Part shown: piece by piece, positions 60,641-64,000 of the stretch
How positions within the stretch are numbered: position 1 is the first letter of the stretch
How the letters are laid out: every line of letters starts with the position of its first letter
Origin: Mobula hypostoma
Taxonomy: Eukaryota
Direction: 5' to 3'
Length of the DNA: 64,000 nucleotides
NCBI RefSeq assembly: GCF_963921235.1
Contig: NC_086108.1
Location: forward strand, 80,602,001 to 80,666,000
Made by a program: the position numbers and the translations under genes
Notes under the pieces: model-generated
Told to the model about the DNA's origin: nothing
The model's database searches: none
Seen by the model: the letters and a program-made list of their open reading frames with translations, nothing else

Positions 60641-63600
60641 GAGACTCAGGTTGTTGTTCTCACACCACTTGACAAACCTCTCTACCTCCTTGAAAGTATG
60701 CTGTCTCATTATTATTGCCATTGAGGTCAACCACTGTTGTATCATCAGTGAATTTGATTGATGCGATTTGAGCTGGATCTGGCAGTGCAGTCGTGGTCAG
60801 CAGTGGGCTGAGCACACAGCAGTAGGGGCAGCATTGCTCAGCATGATGGAGCTTGAGCTATTGCTGCCAACTCGGGCTGAGTGGGGTCTTTCTGTCAAAA
60901 GATCCAAGATCCAGTTACGGAGAGGGGTGTTGAATCCCAACAAGGACAGTTTACCCACCAGCCTCTGAGGGATGACTATGTTAAACACTGCACTGTGTCT
61001 ATGAACAAGATCCTGGTGCATAATGCATCGTTTTCTAGGTGGATAGGATAGAGTGGAGGGCACAGGGTGTGGATTCATCATTGGATTGGTTTCAGTATAG
61101 GCGAACTGGAAAGTGACTAATGCAGCTGGAAGGTAGAACTTTATATGAACCATTAACAGCCGCTCAAAGCACTTCATGATTATTGAGGTTGGTGCCACTG
61201 GGTGGCAATTATGTAGGCCAGTTACCATCTCTCTCGGGCACCAGAATGTTGGTGGCTGCCTTGAAGCTTGCAGGGACATCGGACTGTTGGAAGGAGCTGG
61301 TAAAGATGTGTACTTAGATCTCTGTCAGATGGCCGCACAATCCCTCAGCACCTGACCAGATATGTTGTCTGGCCCAGCAGCTTTGAGTGGGTTTACCCTG
61401 GTGAGGTTCCTCCTCACCTCGGCTGTGGCCAAACAGGGTGCCTCTCCTCAGGGGCAGAGAGGACTTCCCTCACTCATTGTGTCAAACCATGCACAGGAGG
61501 CATTCACTCTATCAGGAAGCGAGGTGTCGCTGTCGTTGATATGCAGGGTGTAATCTGCTATGCTTTGTACATCTTGCCACATGCACCACATGACTCTGAT
61601 GTCACCAAGGCAGCTATGGTTTCTGATTTGCCCTGGCTTGTGTTTAGTCATAATAATATCCTCAATGTATTTCTTCTGTAGTCACTGAGTCCACATAGTC
61701 ATCAATGTTGACATGATGATCTGTGCAGTGGTACCTTCTAGCCAGGTCCTCATCTCCCTGTGAACTGGTTTGACTCACTTAACCAGTGGTCTGTACGCAG
61801 GGATTAGCAAAATGGCTAGGTGGTCTGAGTATCTGAGGTGAGTGTGGGGTGGGCAGACACCCTGTGGGCTCTGTGAATATTGGTATAGATCAGGTCCAAT
61901 ACATAGCGTCCTTTGGTTGTGACGTTGACACGAATTTTGGCAGAACGCTTTTTAAGTTGGCATGATTGAAGTCACAAAATCCATCAGGGTGAATGACTTG
62001 GAGGTTGTAGGTGGCACCATGGAGCTCCTGCAGCACGTCCCCAGCACTAGCACAGGAGACAGGGAAACAGTAATAATCACAATATCAATGAACTCCCTCG
62101 GTAACTAGAAGGGCCTGCAGTTCACTATTTAAAATGTGCGATGAGCTATGAGCGGTTACTACTGAGGTGTTCACACACCAGTGTTATTGACGTAGGCATG
62201 CAGACCTCTTCCGTGGGCCTTACTGGAAGTCGCAGCATTTCTGTGCACCCGAAAGGAGATTAGGCCAACTGGGTGGATGGCCGGGTCCGGAGCAGTGTTC
62301 TGGAGCCATGTTTCTGTCAGGACGAGTGTGCAGCATTCCCTCATCTCCCTCTTATTCAGTCACAGACACGGGTAATCCAGCTTATTTTCTAGCAATCACA
62401 TATTAGCAAGTAGAATCATCAGGAACGTAGGCTTGCAGGGATCTGCTTTCATTTTCTCTCGAATACTGGTGCACTTACCGCAATTCTCTGTCCTCACGTC
62501 CACTTCTCCGAGTACCTGGAGTAAGCTGTGCCGCAGTGCTTAGGGCCCGCTCCTCCTCCTGTCCTCCTCAAGAAACCAGGTTCTTTCTCCCACCACTGCA
62601 ATGCAATGCTCCATGGTCAGATTTCCCAGACTACTGCTGAGAAACACAACAAGAACAGGGCGCGTGGCCCCTCAACCCTGTGCGAGGCTTGCTGTTAAGA
62701 TCATTTATTGTTTCTCATACAAAGACCTTTTTATTTCTAGAACCATCTCCAATGCAAGCAAATATTTCATTAAATAAGGACAACACAATCATCAATACTC
62801 CAGGTTGGTCACATTAATGTCCTGTGAAGATCACATCACTCACAAAGGGTGCAAGTTCATAAACATTGACACTGTCCCTTGGCCTCTGCCTCCAATGATC
62901 TGAGATGGCCATTCACCTCCTGCACAATACAGATCGACTTAGTCAGAGCAAGAGGCCTGCCTACAGTTAGACTGACATTCCCATTCAACTCACTGAGACA
63001 GAATGAATGGAAAGATATCTGACATCTCATTTGCCATTTACAATTGGAAGAAGATTGTTACAGAGATTAAACCTTTATAATCAATGTTACATGAATTCGT
63101 TCCAATATTGTATCAACCTCAAGATAATGCTCAGATACCGATGACAATGTATTTCCAAAGTAGCGAATGATTGACAGATCACCTTTAAACACAGATTTAA
63201 GGAGCCGGTGGAGCTGCTTGAATTTTTTCTCGTCCATCTGAGAACACAATACTTCTGTGCATGTCTCTCAAAAGAAGCATGTAAACTACATCTCTATTTT
63301 GCCCTCAGAATTAACAGGAGCTATTTGCAAAGTTGATAAGATTGTTACTTGCCTTTAATACTTTCCACAATGTGCTACTGATTTTTTTAAAAAGATGTTT
63401 TGAATAAAATGTACCAATTGATCAATTATGAACAAACACAGATGGTCTAGACAATTATACTTAGGATGCAGAATAAAGAATAAAAAATCTAAAATACAGG
63501 TAAATGCCACAACTTTGTCTAGTGCAAGAGGAGGGAAGCCAATTACCACAAGGTCTAAGTAAACCACAGCCTTTTATCTGATCATCGATATTACGAGAGA

Positions 63601-64000
63601 ATCAAAATTACAGTACTTAGGAAGAGAAAGGGAAAATGAATAAGAGAAAAGTACCAACAACTAAGAAGTTCTGTTGCATTAATTTTCCCCACCTACACAA
63701 AACAAATTTTAAAAATACAAGAATGAATCAAAATAATAACATTCTTCCCCCAACATGCATGAATAGGCATATTCTGCCGTCACTAATGCAAGAAAAGCAA
63801 ATGCAGAAAAAGAGGCCATTTTGTAATTTCAGTTTGCACTATTTTAAACCAAAACTGATGTCCCACTGCCTTCAAATGGTGTACAAACAGCAATGGGGGA
63901 TGCGAGGAAATTCAGAACATCTAGTTTAATTAGAAATCCTTTTACTCATCATAGGATATCCACAGTGCAGTGTAAATCAAGTTATACAATGGAACATCAG

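Larger units (their letters stand above)
58208..62690 (-). mobile_element. Near full-length degraded Rex/Babar LINE (APE plus RT), interrupted by a second Rex LINE and a SINE
   Basis: APE motifs (LLAN..LENK, LVLTETWL, DFNHANL) at ~61950-62420 and RT at ~60640-61400. The frame WCENNNLSL (60641) continues as NKTKEMI..DYRR at 59271. The 3' tail is at ~58208. Confidence 0.8.

Noticed and set aside
63067..63249. ORF MDEKKFKQLHRLLKSVFKG after a ttctcag acceptor
   Set aside because: The donor is weak and it does not resemble the expected BTBD19 upstream exons.
1..64000. CRISPR arrays, prokaryotic operons, rRNA or true tRNA genes
   Set aside because: None were seen. The sequence is vertebrate-like, and tRNA-like boxes occur only in SINE heads.

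Overview
Eukaryotic, AT-rich and dominated by transposable elements. The repeat families (CR1, Rex/Babar, L1/Tx1, Penelope, Gypsy, hAT, Tc1, tRNA-SINEs) suggest a cartilaginous fish, probably a ray (inference). The only host coding sequence I can support is two minus-strand phase-0 exons (9710-9778 and 2507-2638) encoding BACK-domain sequence that matches BTBD19. No further exon was recognised in the ~54 kb upstream, so most of the window is probably one very large intron. It is filled with nested, mostly dead elements: an internally deleted Gypsy provirus whose 3' LTR is split by a LINE, two solo LTRs with 4-bp TSDs, a Penelope element with a 10-bp TSD, a Buster/Charlie hAT derivative with nested MITEs, and many CR1 and Rex fragments. 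The most interesting signals are two intact minimal type-I hammerhead ribozyme cores in Penelope termini, in the host-gene sense orientation, and repeated cases where a LINE's 3' microsatellite tail matches its insertion site. I found no convincing wholly new system. All long ORFs in the track are TE-derived. Family names come from recognising motifs by eye, not from database searches.
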